Positions 17,710 to 24,970 of a stretch of DNA of 64,000 nt are shown piece after piece (position 1 is the first letter of the stretch; every line of letters begins with the position of its first letter). The stretch is from the IMG/VR virus record IMGVR_UViG_3300043434_000734, positions 128,001 to 192,000 of that record. One strand, 5' to 3'. The notes below the pieces were generated by a model that saw only the letters and a program-made list of their open reading frames with translations, made no database searches and was not told where the DNA came from. This DNA is from a virus. Taxonomy: Duplodnaviria; Caudoviricetes. The position numbers and the translations under genes were made by a program.

Positions 17710-17838
17710 ATGGCGAAAGCACCGAGAACATCGAAAAGAGTTGGTAAAGTGGCAAGTAAAGCATTAAGAAGTAAAAAAAGTAGCAAGACAACAAAAACTC
17801 TTGCGGGAAGTTCTTTGAGACAACGGAGAAAAAAGTAA
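17710..17838 (+). CDS. Small highly basic protein (42 aa, MAKAPRTSKRVGKVASKALRSKKSSKTTKTLAGSSLRQRRKK)
   Basis: Read directly from sequence; promoter upstream; not in the ORF track. Confidence 0.65.
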   Translation: MAKAPRTSKRVGKVASKALRSKKSSKTTKTLAGSSLRQRRKK

Positions 17839-17843
17839 AATAA

Positions 17844-17915
17844 GCCTCTTAAGCATTGCAGGCGATGCGCCAGATTTGTAATCTGGATAACTCGGTTCGA
17901 TTCCGGGCGGAGGCT
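17844..17915 (+). tRNA. trnT: tRNA-Thr(TGT)
   Basis: ccaga-tttgtaa-tctgg. Confidence 0.88.
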
Positions 17916-18376
17916 CAACAAGTGACGACTGTGGTGTAACCCCACGGTATATAAATCCCAAAGAACTGTCTTGATTCGCGATATCAGAGCAGTGAGGGTA
18001 GAGTTTACTATAAGCGGGGAGTAATTAACCCAATGCGAAAATGTAACCACCAAGTGTAGAGATATATTTGGTTATGATGTACAGAAGGGTACAAAAAACT
18101 TGTTAATTTATTAATTTAGATTCTGATAACTTATAACTAAAGTTTTACTTAAACAAAGGTTATGGAGCAATTTGAGAAATGTTGTTATCACTAAGAATGT
18201 AAATTAATAAAGTTTGATTACGTTAGGTATGTAGTTTAAAAAGAACAATGTCCTAATAGATGAAGGTGTGAGTAATCACCTTACTTAACGTAATTTAAAT
18301 TTAAAACTAACTCAACGAGGACTTTGTTAACCAGAGCAAGACTTGGATGGTGCAACTTAAGGTGAGTTAGAATTTT

Positions 18377-18448
18377 GGTCCTGTAGTTAATCGGCTATAA
18401 TATTGCCCTGTCACGGCAAAGTGCCGGGTTCGATTCCCGGTGGGACCG
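18377..18448 (+). tRNA. trnD: tRNA-Asp(GTC)
   Basis: ttgcc-ctgtcac-ggcaa. Confidence 0.92.
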
Positions 18449-18672
18449 CAATGAGTAAGAGATACTCAATAGTCTTTAATCCAAGACTCATTTAACAATG
18501 GATGGTGGTTTGTAGTATCAACCTTAACGACTGCATATTGGGAACAAGGATTGTGGACCTACTCTCCCCCAAGTATTAGGTTGACGTTTTAACAGAGGGA
18601 TGCCTCGCAGGTTTTTGAGACAGACAAAAAACCGAAGTAACTACTCATCAGGAATCTCAAGGTGGGGAAAAT

Positions 18673-18760
18673 GGAGAGATGGTAGAGTTGGTCTATTGCA
18701 CCTGACTTGAAATCAGGAGTACTCGTGAGGGTACCGTGGGTTCGAATCCTACTCTCTCCG
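18673..18760 (+). tRNA. trnS: tRNA-Ser(TGA) copy 1
   Basis: cctga-cttgaaa-tcagg; long variable arm; G73. Confidence 0.93.
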
Positions 18761-18876
18761 CTGTAGAGTTTGCCCGTGGTAACGGTCTGATAAGATACTT
18801 TCAGACTTCTCGCGTCAAAACCCAAAACACTGACCTACTGGTGCTTGGGCTAAATGTAGAAAAAAAACGGGATATT

Positions 18877-18964
18877 GGAGAGATGGCAGAGTTGGTCGAT
18901 TGCGTCAGACTTGAAATCTGAAGAACGGGAAACTGTTCCGTGGGTTCGAATCCTACTCTCTCCG
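18877..18964 (+). tRNA. trnS: tRNA-Ser(TGA) copy 2
   Basis: tcaga-cttgaaa-tctga; long variable arm; G73. Confidence 0.93.
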
Positions 18965-19004
18965 CGAACCAAAAGTCCAATGGGGAGGATCCACTACACG
19001 ATTA

Positions 19005-19204
19005 GCAATCGGAAGAGTAGATTAAGACTAAGGTTGCTTGACACTCCGGAAAGACGAGAAAACAATCAAGTAGAGTGGTGGTACACTCACTATGTATGCA
19101 TCGTAAGATGGACGCCTTCTTCCCGCAGAGCACATAGATATGTCGTTTAGTGATATGGAAGAACACGGGAACGATTTGTAGGTTCGAATCCTATCTTGAT
19201 TGCC
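19005..19204 (+). ncRNA. 200-nt RNA closed by a tRNA-like acceptor stem and T-arm
   Basis: GCAATCGG pairs with TTGATTGC; GTAGG-TTCGAAT-CCTAT; several internal hairpins. Confidence 0.55.
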
Positions 19205-19317
19205 TTTCCTTTCAGGGTAACGACCTGATAAATTTTGAGATACTAAAGTTGTAACACCAGGGACTCAACGAAAGAAAGTCGGAAACTAAACTTGACTGAT
19301 GGAAAGACATCAAATTT

Positions 19318-19447
19318 GGGAAGGTAGCAGAAATGGAAGATGCGTTATACGAAAGCTACGTATAAGACGCGATGACGGACACAAAAGTACAATGTGTTGA
19401 ACTAAAGATTACGCATCGTTATGGGTTCGATTCCCACTCCTGTCCCA
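19318..19447 (+). ncRNA. 130-nt tRNA-like RNA with non-canonical anticodon loop and giant variable arm
   Basis: GGGAAGG/CCTGTCCC, D-arm GCA-gaaatggaaga-TGC, TTATACG-aaagcta-CGTATAA, ATGGG-TTCGATT-CCCAC. Confidence 0.65.
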
Positions 19448-19648
19448 CAGGTCGTCTTTTTATATTGCTCAGTTTGTGGAGTTAACTTTAGAGACGTTAA
19501 ACTTAAAGTAATGAATCCAAGCCCTTTTAAAGTTGTGGTACAACTGGGTCCATTTCCTTACCGAAGGAGGTTTCCGGACCTAAAATAGAAGCCTCAAACG
19601 ACTGAAAAAAGTAGGGACATATGAGACTACCTAATCTCGTCCCGAAAT

Positions 19649-19720
19649 GGCCCTATCGACAAGCGGTTAAGTCACGTCCCTTTCACGGATGAGTCACGGG
19701 TTCGAATCCCGTTGGGGCTA
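19649..19720 (+). tRNA. trnE: tRNA-Glu(TTC)
   Basis: cgtcc-ctttcac-ggatg. Confidence 0.92.
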
Positions 19721-19735
19721 CTAAATGGTTTTACT

Positions 19736-19894
19736 ATGAAGAAGATTGTATTTTTATTGTTAGTAATGGTTACAATGAGTAGTTGTTTATATACAACATA
19801 TAGACGACCTTATTATCAACGATATCCGACTTATCAGAAACATTATCAACCAAATAAAAAATATAAACCTTACTTTAGACCAGGTCGTTGGTAA
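19736..19894 (+). CDS. Small Tyr/Pro/Arg-rich lipoprotein
   Basis: MKKIVFLLLVMVTMSSC lipobox; ATG at 19736. Confidence 0.65.
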   Translation: MKKIVFLLLVMVTMSSCLYTTYRRPYYQRYPTYQKHYQPNKKYKPYFRPGRW

Positions 19895-19948
19895 AAAATA
19901 TTTACTATTAAATTGAATTTTTATATATTTGTATATACTTATTAAGAA

Positions 19949-20053
19949 ATGAAGAACATAAATAACATATTGTCACTTAGTACTAGACCATTAAATAATG
20001 GTAACGGGTATGGTGTGCAACCCGTGAATTTATGTTCGGATACTCATATTTAG
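19949..20053 (+). CDS. Putative leader peptide (34 aa, MKNINNILSLSTRPLNNGNGYGVQPVNLCSDTHI)
   Basis: Between TATATTTG (19924-19931) and a terminator. Confidence 0.5.
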   Translation: MKNINNILSLSTRPLNNGNGYGVQPVNLCSDTHI

Positions 20054-20077
20054 AAATTTAATTAATTAAAATATAGA

Positions 20078-20111
20078 CCCGAACGACTTAAAAAATTGTT
20101 CGGGTTTTTTT
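20078..20111 (+). terminator. Intrinsic terminator / attenuator
   Basis: CCCGAAC..GTTCGGG plus T7. Confidence 0.8.
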
Positions 20112-20128
20112 ATGTTATTTTTTTTCTT

Positions 20129-20154
20129 TATATTTGAAATGTAGTTCTTTGACA
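20129..20154 (+). promoter_or_regulatory. Bacteroidota -7 box followed by boxA-like element
   Basis: TATATTTG 20129-20136; GTTCTTTGACA 20144-20154. Confidence 0.65.
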
Positions 20155-20169
20155 TTGTGGAAATGATTT

Positions 20170-20254
20170 GCTCGGGTGGTGTAATGGTAGCCACGAGGGA
20201 CTTAAAATCCCTTGGACAGAAACGTCCGTGCCGGTTCGAGTCCGGCCCCGAGTA
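20170..20254 (+). tRNA. trnL: tRNA-Leu(TAA)
   Basis: aggga-cttaaaa-tccct; long variable arm. Confidence 0.93.
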
Positions 20255-20369
20255 CAATGTAATGACTTAGAAATAAGTGACGGAACAGACGCTATGTATG
20301 AAATGGAAACGTTTGAAACATTTTAAAGATGTTGATTCGACACAAACCGTACAGACATTACATTAAATT

Positions 20370-20443
20370 GGTCCAATAGCTCAGCTGGATAGAGCAACTC
20401 TCTTCTAAAGAGTAGGTCTCAGGTTCGAATCCTGATTGGATCA
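20370..20443 (+). tRNA. trnR: tRNA-Arg(TCT)
   Basis: actct-cttctaa-agagt. Confidence 0.93.
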
Positions 20444-20588
20444 CGAAGATAATGGTTTTCACCACCTTACGGATGTCGACAATCCACGGTGGAATCTGAA
20501 AACAGCACCCTCTGCCGAGCGCTCGTAAAACTACGATTAAGCAGTTAAGATTGGAACGAGACGGGTATTCCAACATTATCTTTATTTT

Positions 20589-20661
20589 AGAGTAGTTGAC
20601 CAATCGGTAGGTCCCTTGCTTTGGGAGCAAGTGTGTGTAGGTTCGAGTCCTGTCTACTCTA
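20589..20661 (+). tRNA. trnP: tRNA-Pro(TGG)
   Basis: cttgc-tttggga-gcaag. Confidence 0.9.
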
Positions 20662-20668
20662 CAAAAAC

Positions 20669-20740
20669 GTTGGTATAGCTTAATGGTGAAGCATTCGGCT
20701 GTTAACCGAAAGACTGTAGGTTCGAGCCCTACTACCAACG
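20669..20740 (+). tRNA. trnN: tRNA-Asn(GTT)
   Basis: ttcgg-ctgttaa-ccgaa. Confidence 0.92.
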
Positions 20741-20747
20741 CAAAAAT

Positions 20748-20824
20748 ACCCGTATGGCGGAATTGGCATACGCGTCAGATTTAGGATCTGAATTTTGTAG
20801 GTTCGAGTCCTACTATGGGTACCA
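20748..20824 (+). tRNA. trnL: tRNA-Leu(TAG) lacking the long variable arm, CCA encoded
   Basis: tcaga-tttagga-tctga; 5-nt variable loop. Confidence 0.85.
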
Positions 20825-20869
20825 GGGATTGGTTGACACTAAACAACAAAACCAAAAGGAAGTGTAAAA

Positions 20870-20954
20870 TTGGAGGATGGGTGAGTGGCTAAAACCGGCA
20901 GACTGTAAATCTGCTCTCAGAACGGGTACGGGGGTTCGAATCCCTCTCCTCCAA
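20870..20954 (+). tRNA. trnY: tRNA-Tyr(GTA)
   Basis: gcaga-ctgtaaa-tctgc; long variable arm. Confidence 0.93.
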
Positions 20955-20968
20955 CAAAAACAAAAACT

Positions 20969-21616
20969 ATGGCAACATTAGAAACACAGTACAAGAATTA
21001 CTTAAAGTTGAATCCAGATTCAACATTCACATTTGAAGAATGGAAAGAAGATTTCGGTGGTAACGTGCTTAGACAAATGTCCGATATCTTAAAAGAAATC
21101 AAAACTCCTGAATATAAAGAAAGACGTATTAAGGAACACGAAGAACGTCTTAAAAATATTACAATGGATTATCAATTGGGACAATACGTTGGTGAGTACA
21201 TTGTAAGTCACAATCTTCCAACATTATCGACCGATATGATTCACTCTAATCGTGTGATTAAAGTGTCTGACGAAGAACAAACTGAATGTGAAAGATTGGA
21301 TGGTGAATATGTTAAATCATTGGAAGCCAATCAATGGAAAAATGGTGATAGTGAATTATTTGAAGCGTGGAAACAATATCGTAAGGTATTGGAAAAGAAA
21401 TATCTTCCACAAGTTTTAGAGTGTCATCTTAGTTTAATAAGAATTGATGACATAGTAAAATTTAAAGAAGGTTTATCTGATTGTCTTTGGAATTGTGATA
21501 TGTGTTCTTATGACATCAAAGAAGAAAACATCACAATTGAAAATGATTTACTTAACGGATTTACAATTATCAAATTTCAATATGATTCGAGTTGTAATGA
21601 TGAAATGAAAAAATAA
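20969..21616 (+). CDS. Hypothetical protein within the tRNA array
   Basis: 215-aa ORF with phage-like codon usage. Confidence 0.7.
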   Translation: MATLETQYKNYLKLNPDSTFTFEEWKEDFGGNVLRQMSDILKEIKTPEYKERRIKEHEERLKNITMDYQLGQYVGEYIVSHNLPTLSTDMIHSNRVIKVSDEEQTECERLDGEYVKSLEANQWKNGDSELFEAWKQYRKVLEKKYLPQVLECHLSLIRIDDIVKFKEGLSDCLWNCDMCSYDIKEENITIENDLLNGFTIIKFQYDSSCNDEMKK

Positions 21617-21667
21617 AATATCGTTTAAATATACGATATACGATTTTATCGTCTTAATAAACGATAT

Positions 21668-21741
21668 GGACTTGTAGCTCAGTAGGTTAGAGCAACTGAC
21701 TCATAATCAGTAGGTCCCTGGTTCGAGCCCAGGCTGGTCCA
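21668..21741 (+). tRNA. trnI: tRNA-CAT (probably Ile2/lysidine type)
   Basis: actga-ctcataa-tcagt; Ile2-like body. Confidence 0.8.
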
Positions 21742-21802
21742 CAAAGAGATTAGGATATTCCTTACCCGTCGCCTCGGGATGACATCGTCAGTCTCTTTAC
21801 AT

Positions 21803-21877
21803 AGAAGATTAGTTCAGTCGGTTCAGAGCATCTGTTTTACACACAGAAAGTCGGGGGTTCGAATCCCTCATCTTCTA
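21803..21877 (+). tRNA. trnV: tRNA-Val(TAC)
   Basis: tctgt-tttacac-acaga. Confidence 0.92.
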
Positions 21878-21946
21878 CAAAAAAATTGGGATTGGGTTAA
21901 TACTGATATGGAGGCAATTCCTGGTATTATCGCCGCCCAATTAAAT

Positions 21947-22022
21947 GCGAAAGTAGCTCAGTCGGTAGAGCACAACCTTGCCAAGGTTGGGGTCGCGAGT
22001 TCGAATCTCGTCTTTCGCTCCA
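21947..22022 (+). tRNA. trnG: tRNA-Gly(GCC), CCA encoded
   Basis: caacc-ttgccaa-ggttg. Confidence 0.95.
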
Positions 22023-22025
22023 TAT

Positions 22026-22098
22026 GCGAATATAGCTCAATTGGTAGAGCACTAGTTTTCCAAACTGGGGGTTGCAGGATCGTTCCCTGTTATTCGCT
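22026..22098 (+). tRNA. trnG: tRNA-Gly(TCC)
   Basis: ctagt-tttccaa-actgg; variant T-loop. Confidence 0.85.
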
Positions 22099-22192
22099 CA
22101 ACTCAAGTACCCATACCGCTAACGATGGGCTAAGTAAGATACAAATTCGTACCACATTATTGTGGAGGCGGGAAGTAGAATGCTTGAGACAC

Positions 22193-22263
22193 TGTCCTTT
22201 GGTGTAACGGTAACACAATCGTTTTTGGTGCGATTATTTTAGGTTCGAATCCTAAAGGGACAA
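22193..22263 (+). tRNA. trnQ: tRNA-Gln(TTG)
   Basis: atcgt-ttttggt-gcgat. Confidence 0.88.
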
Positions 22264-22278
22264 CTTAAATTTTTAAGT

Positions 22279-22509
22279 ATGAGTATTTTTGCAATTTACT
22301 ACGTAATATGTATTGCGTATTGTTTCTATCAATTAAATAAAAAATATAGAAACAGAGGTGTTGATTATGGAACATCACCAGAGTTAGATTCCATAATGGT
22401 TTTGGTTATGGCTTGGATTTTAGTGCCAATTGATGTGTCGATAACTTGGATACGAATGGTGAAAGAAGCAGAGGAGTCTAAAAGAAGACAAGAGAAACAA
22501 GTACTTTAA
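22279..22509 (+). CDS. Small two-TM membrane protein
   Basis: Two hydrophobic segments. Confidence 0.6.
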   Translation: MSIFAIYYVICIAYCFYQLNKKYRNRGVDYGTSPELDSIMVLVMAWILVPIDVSITWIRMVKEAEESKRRQEKQVL

Positions 22510-22570
22510 CTAGTGGGCCACGGTGGTAGGCCAAAAGAAAAATAGATGTTTTTCATCCACCAAATTTTAT

Positions 22571-22656
22571 AGAGAGTTACCCAAGTTGGTGAAGGGGCCT
22601 GTTTGCTAAACAGGTAGGATGTTAAAGTCGCAAGGGTTCGAGCCCCTTACTCTCTA
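22571..22656 (+). tRNA. trnS: tRNA-Ser(GCT)
   Basis: cctgt-ttgctaa-acagg; long variable arm. Confidence 0.9.
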
Positions 22657-22661
22657 CACAT

Positions 22662-22811
22662 TGTAGTGTGACGAAACTTGGCAGACGTGCCCTCCTGTCT
22701 CGGGGGTGTGGAACAAGAAATAGGTTAATAATATGGGGTAGACCACCAGCCGGCCGGCGAAGTGTTATTAACTGAATCTCCATTTAAGTGGTTCGAATCC
22801 CTTCACTACAG
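22662..22811 (+). ncRNA. 150-nt tRNA-like RNA with ~80-nt variable arm and pyrimidine-37 loop
   Basis: TGTAGTG/CACTACA+G; D-arm ACG-aaacttggcaga-CGT; CCCTC-ctgtctc-GGGGG; GTTAATAATAT/GTGTTATTAAC; GGTTCGAATCC. Confidence 0.7.
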
Positions 22812-22848
22812 CACTAATAAACCAATAATTATAATAAATGAAAAAGTA

Positions 22849-23310
22849 ATGAAAAAATTCAGAACTCTCCACGGAACCCCAATTCCAGATGTAATCAATT
22901 ACATTAGAGAGTATATTTCAACAAGAGAGGATGTGGAAATTCTCATAGGATCAGATTCACAATCATATTCAAACAGGAAAACTGTTTATGGTGTTGTTAT
23001 TGCCCTTTATACAAAAGGTAAGGGTGCACACGTATTATGTACACGTGAGACATTACCTATGGAATATAATGTGGCATCGAGATTACTTGGTGAAGTTTGG
23101 AAATCAATTGAGATTGCTGAATTTTTAAAAGAGAATGGTTTACCAAAACCTACTTGGATTGATATTGACTTAAATCCCGACCCAAAATACAAATCAAATA
23201 ATGTTCTTAGACAAGCAGTTGGTATGGTTGAGGGTATGGGTTATAAAGTAAGGTACAAACACGTAGGTGCGTTAATGACATATGCCGCAAATCATTTAGT
23301 TAGGTTATAA
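22849..23310 (+). CDS. YkuK/DUF458-like RNase H-fold protein
   Basis: ILIGSDSQ, YGVVIAL..KGKGAHV, RLLGEVWKS, IDIDLNPD, AANHL; ATG at 22849. Confidence 0.8.
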   Translation: MKKFRTLHGTPIPDVINYIREYISTREDVEILIGSDSQSYSNRKTVYGVVIALYTKGKGAHVLCTRETLPMEYNVASRLLGEVWKSIEIAEFLKENGLPKPTWIDIDLNPDPKYKSNNVLRQAVGMVEGMGYKVRYKHVGALMTYAANHLVRL

Positions 23311-23347
23311 TTTTGTTTTTTAAAATAATTCAATTACTTTTTATTAT

Positions 23348-23701
23348 ATGGTAAAACAACAAATTATAAATTTAACATATTCTTTAATGTTATTTTTACT
23401 CGGTTCGATAGGACATTGGTACATTATGTATTGGCAATTTAAAATGCCGAATTGGGTTAAGACCCCGTGGCCGTATTTGATATCAGTGGGTTGTACTTTT
23501 TTATGGATTACAGCATCCCATTATGGTGTTAAAGCATTCAACGGTGAAATGTGGAGTAATAGGTTTTTGTTCTTTGTAACAGGTATCATTATTGCGGCAA
23601 TGTTATATCCGTACCATTTCGGTCAACCATTTACAGTTAAAACGATGGTACAATTAATATTGGCATTTACCATAATATTAATTTCACTTTTTTGGAAATA
23701 G
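23348..23701 (+). CDS. Four-TM small membrane protein (SMR/EamA-like), paralogue of 62981-63319
   Basis: Shared AFNGEMWSNR / SFNGEIWPSR and PFTVKT / PLTLKT motifs. Confidence 0.6.
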   Translation: MVKQQIINLTYSLMLFLLGSIGHWYIMYWQFKMPNWVKTPWPYLISVGCTFLWITASHYGVKAFNGEMWSNRFLFFVTGIIIAAMLYPYHFGQPFTVKTMVQLILAFTIILISLFWK

Positions 23702-23752
23702 ATTTTTTTATTTGATTTTTATTTCTTATATTTTAATTATAAAGACAACAAT

Positions 23753-23980
23753 ATGAAATGTATTAAGGCAATTAAAGAAACTAAATCCTATTCATTAGGT
23801 GAAATTCGTAGAACTGATGACGTTGATGCTGACCAAAAAGTGGCTAGTGGTGTATGGACGTTTATTCCTAAATCAGAATGGAAAGTAAGTAAGAAAGGTA
23901 AAAAAGAAGAAGTGGAAATTACTCACGATATGGGTGGTTCTATTGAAGTAAAAAAAGAAAAGAAAAAAAATAAAAAATAA
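23753..23980 (+). CDS. Small Lys-rich hypothetical protein
   Basis: ORF track. Confidence 0.55.
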   Translation: MKCIKAIKETKSYSLGEIRRTDDVDADQKVASGVWTFIPKSEWKVSKKGKKEEVEITHDMGGSIEVKKEKKKNKK

Positions 23981-24015
23981 TTTAATTAATATTTTGTTTT
24001 TATAAAAAGTATTCG

Positions 24016-24052
24016 TACATTTGTAAAACAATAAGAGAAAAAGTTCTTTGAT
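24016..24052 (+). promoter_or_regulatory. Bacteroidota -7 box and boxA-like element
   Basis: TACATTTG 24016-24023; GTTCTTTGAT 24043-24052. Confidence 0.65.
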
Positions 24053-24060
24053 TTAAAAAT

Positions 24061-24870
24061 ATTGGCCGCCTATGGTCGATTAAAATAAACCACGAAAGTG
24101 GGATAAAGTGACGAGTCCTTGGTTGGGACAAGTTGCGGTTTCAGTAATGGAACTTGAGTAGGCAAGTGGAGTATCGTTGAACCTTAAGTACTGAGGGTAA
24201 CACTTTAGGGAAAGTGGTTTGATGACTGAGCAATCCGAGTTGTTTGGTTGAGGTGGGAACACCAATAAGAATAATCCATAGAGTTATTGTGAGAAATATG
24301 GTTATCCGACTATATGATTACGTGATTCAATATGATGGGAATCTTAAAACCGAAAGGTATGGTGAAGTACGAGTGGTGTCGTTATCATCCTTTATTAAAC
24401 TCTACCAAGGGTTTAGTTTTGAAGGGGTCCAAAAATATGGTAGCAGGGATGTTACAGAGAGTAGTTTAGTATCGAGTCGCTCAAAAGGTGGCTTGGCTAG
24501 GTGACGAACCACTACTTTCCAAATTCGGATAACTAAATTTTGTTAATTTTGGTTTAACAACTTAAAATCATACAAGAAAAAGTGTTCGTCAGTCGTTGTA
24601 GACAGGTGGCTACATAGTCGTGAGGGGTTCACGGCCACAAAGGGTCTCAAGCCCAATGTGATTTTTAAAAAAGTTCTCTAAACCCGCAAGGTTGAATCAG
24701 GGAGGCATCTTTGATGAGTAATGAGTATTAAAAGAGTATATAACGACTCAAGGATTGGTTAATCTAATTGACCGCCGCTGATTGGTACTACTCAAAAGGT
24801 AGTGGATATGGGAAGAATCAAATAATGTCCCTAAGTCAATCAAAAAATGGTGTAATCTCAGCCCTTTCTT
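24061..24870 (+). ncRNA. Large (~800 nt) structured ncRNA, GOLLD-like candidate
   Basis: G-rich, no credible ORF, many tetraloop hairpins (CCAC-GAAA-GTGG, ACC-GAAA-GGT, AGTCGC-TCAAAA-GGTGGCT, CTACT-CAAAA-GGTAG); own promoter and boxA; near the tRNA array. Confidence 0.6.
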
Positions 24871-24944
24871 TTTTCAATTTTGTGTAAAATTGAATGGTGG
24901 AATTAAGTACGATATTAAAAAACCGTGCGGCCCTCAACAAAATT

Positions 24945-24970
24945 AGTCAGGAGAAATTCTGACTTTTTTT
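24945..24970 (+). terminator. Intrinsic terminator
   Basis: AGTCAG-gagaaatt-CTGACT plus T-tract. Confidence 0.7.

Noticed and set aside
19005-19204. tRNA-Sec or group I intron-containing tRNA
   Set aside because: No TCA anticodon, no intact D/anticodon arms to rebuild by splicing, and no recognisable P7 core
19268-19285. GAAAGAAAGTCGG resembling the RNase P RNA GAGGAAAGUCC motif
   Set aside because: No matching 3' P4 strand (ACAGAA..CGGCU) and the region is too short
17495-22207. ORF-track entries overlapping tRNA genes (17495, 17673, 17764, 18589, 18736, 18875, 20066, 20358, 21779)
   Set aside because: They overlap clear tRNA cloverleaves; these are artefacts of GC-richer RNA genes lacking stop codons
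24080-24504. ORFs 24080-24265 and 24244-24504
   Set aside because: They lie inside the hairpin-rich large RNA, have atypical composition and show no protein motifs
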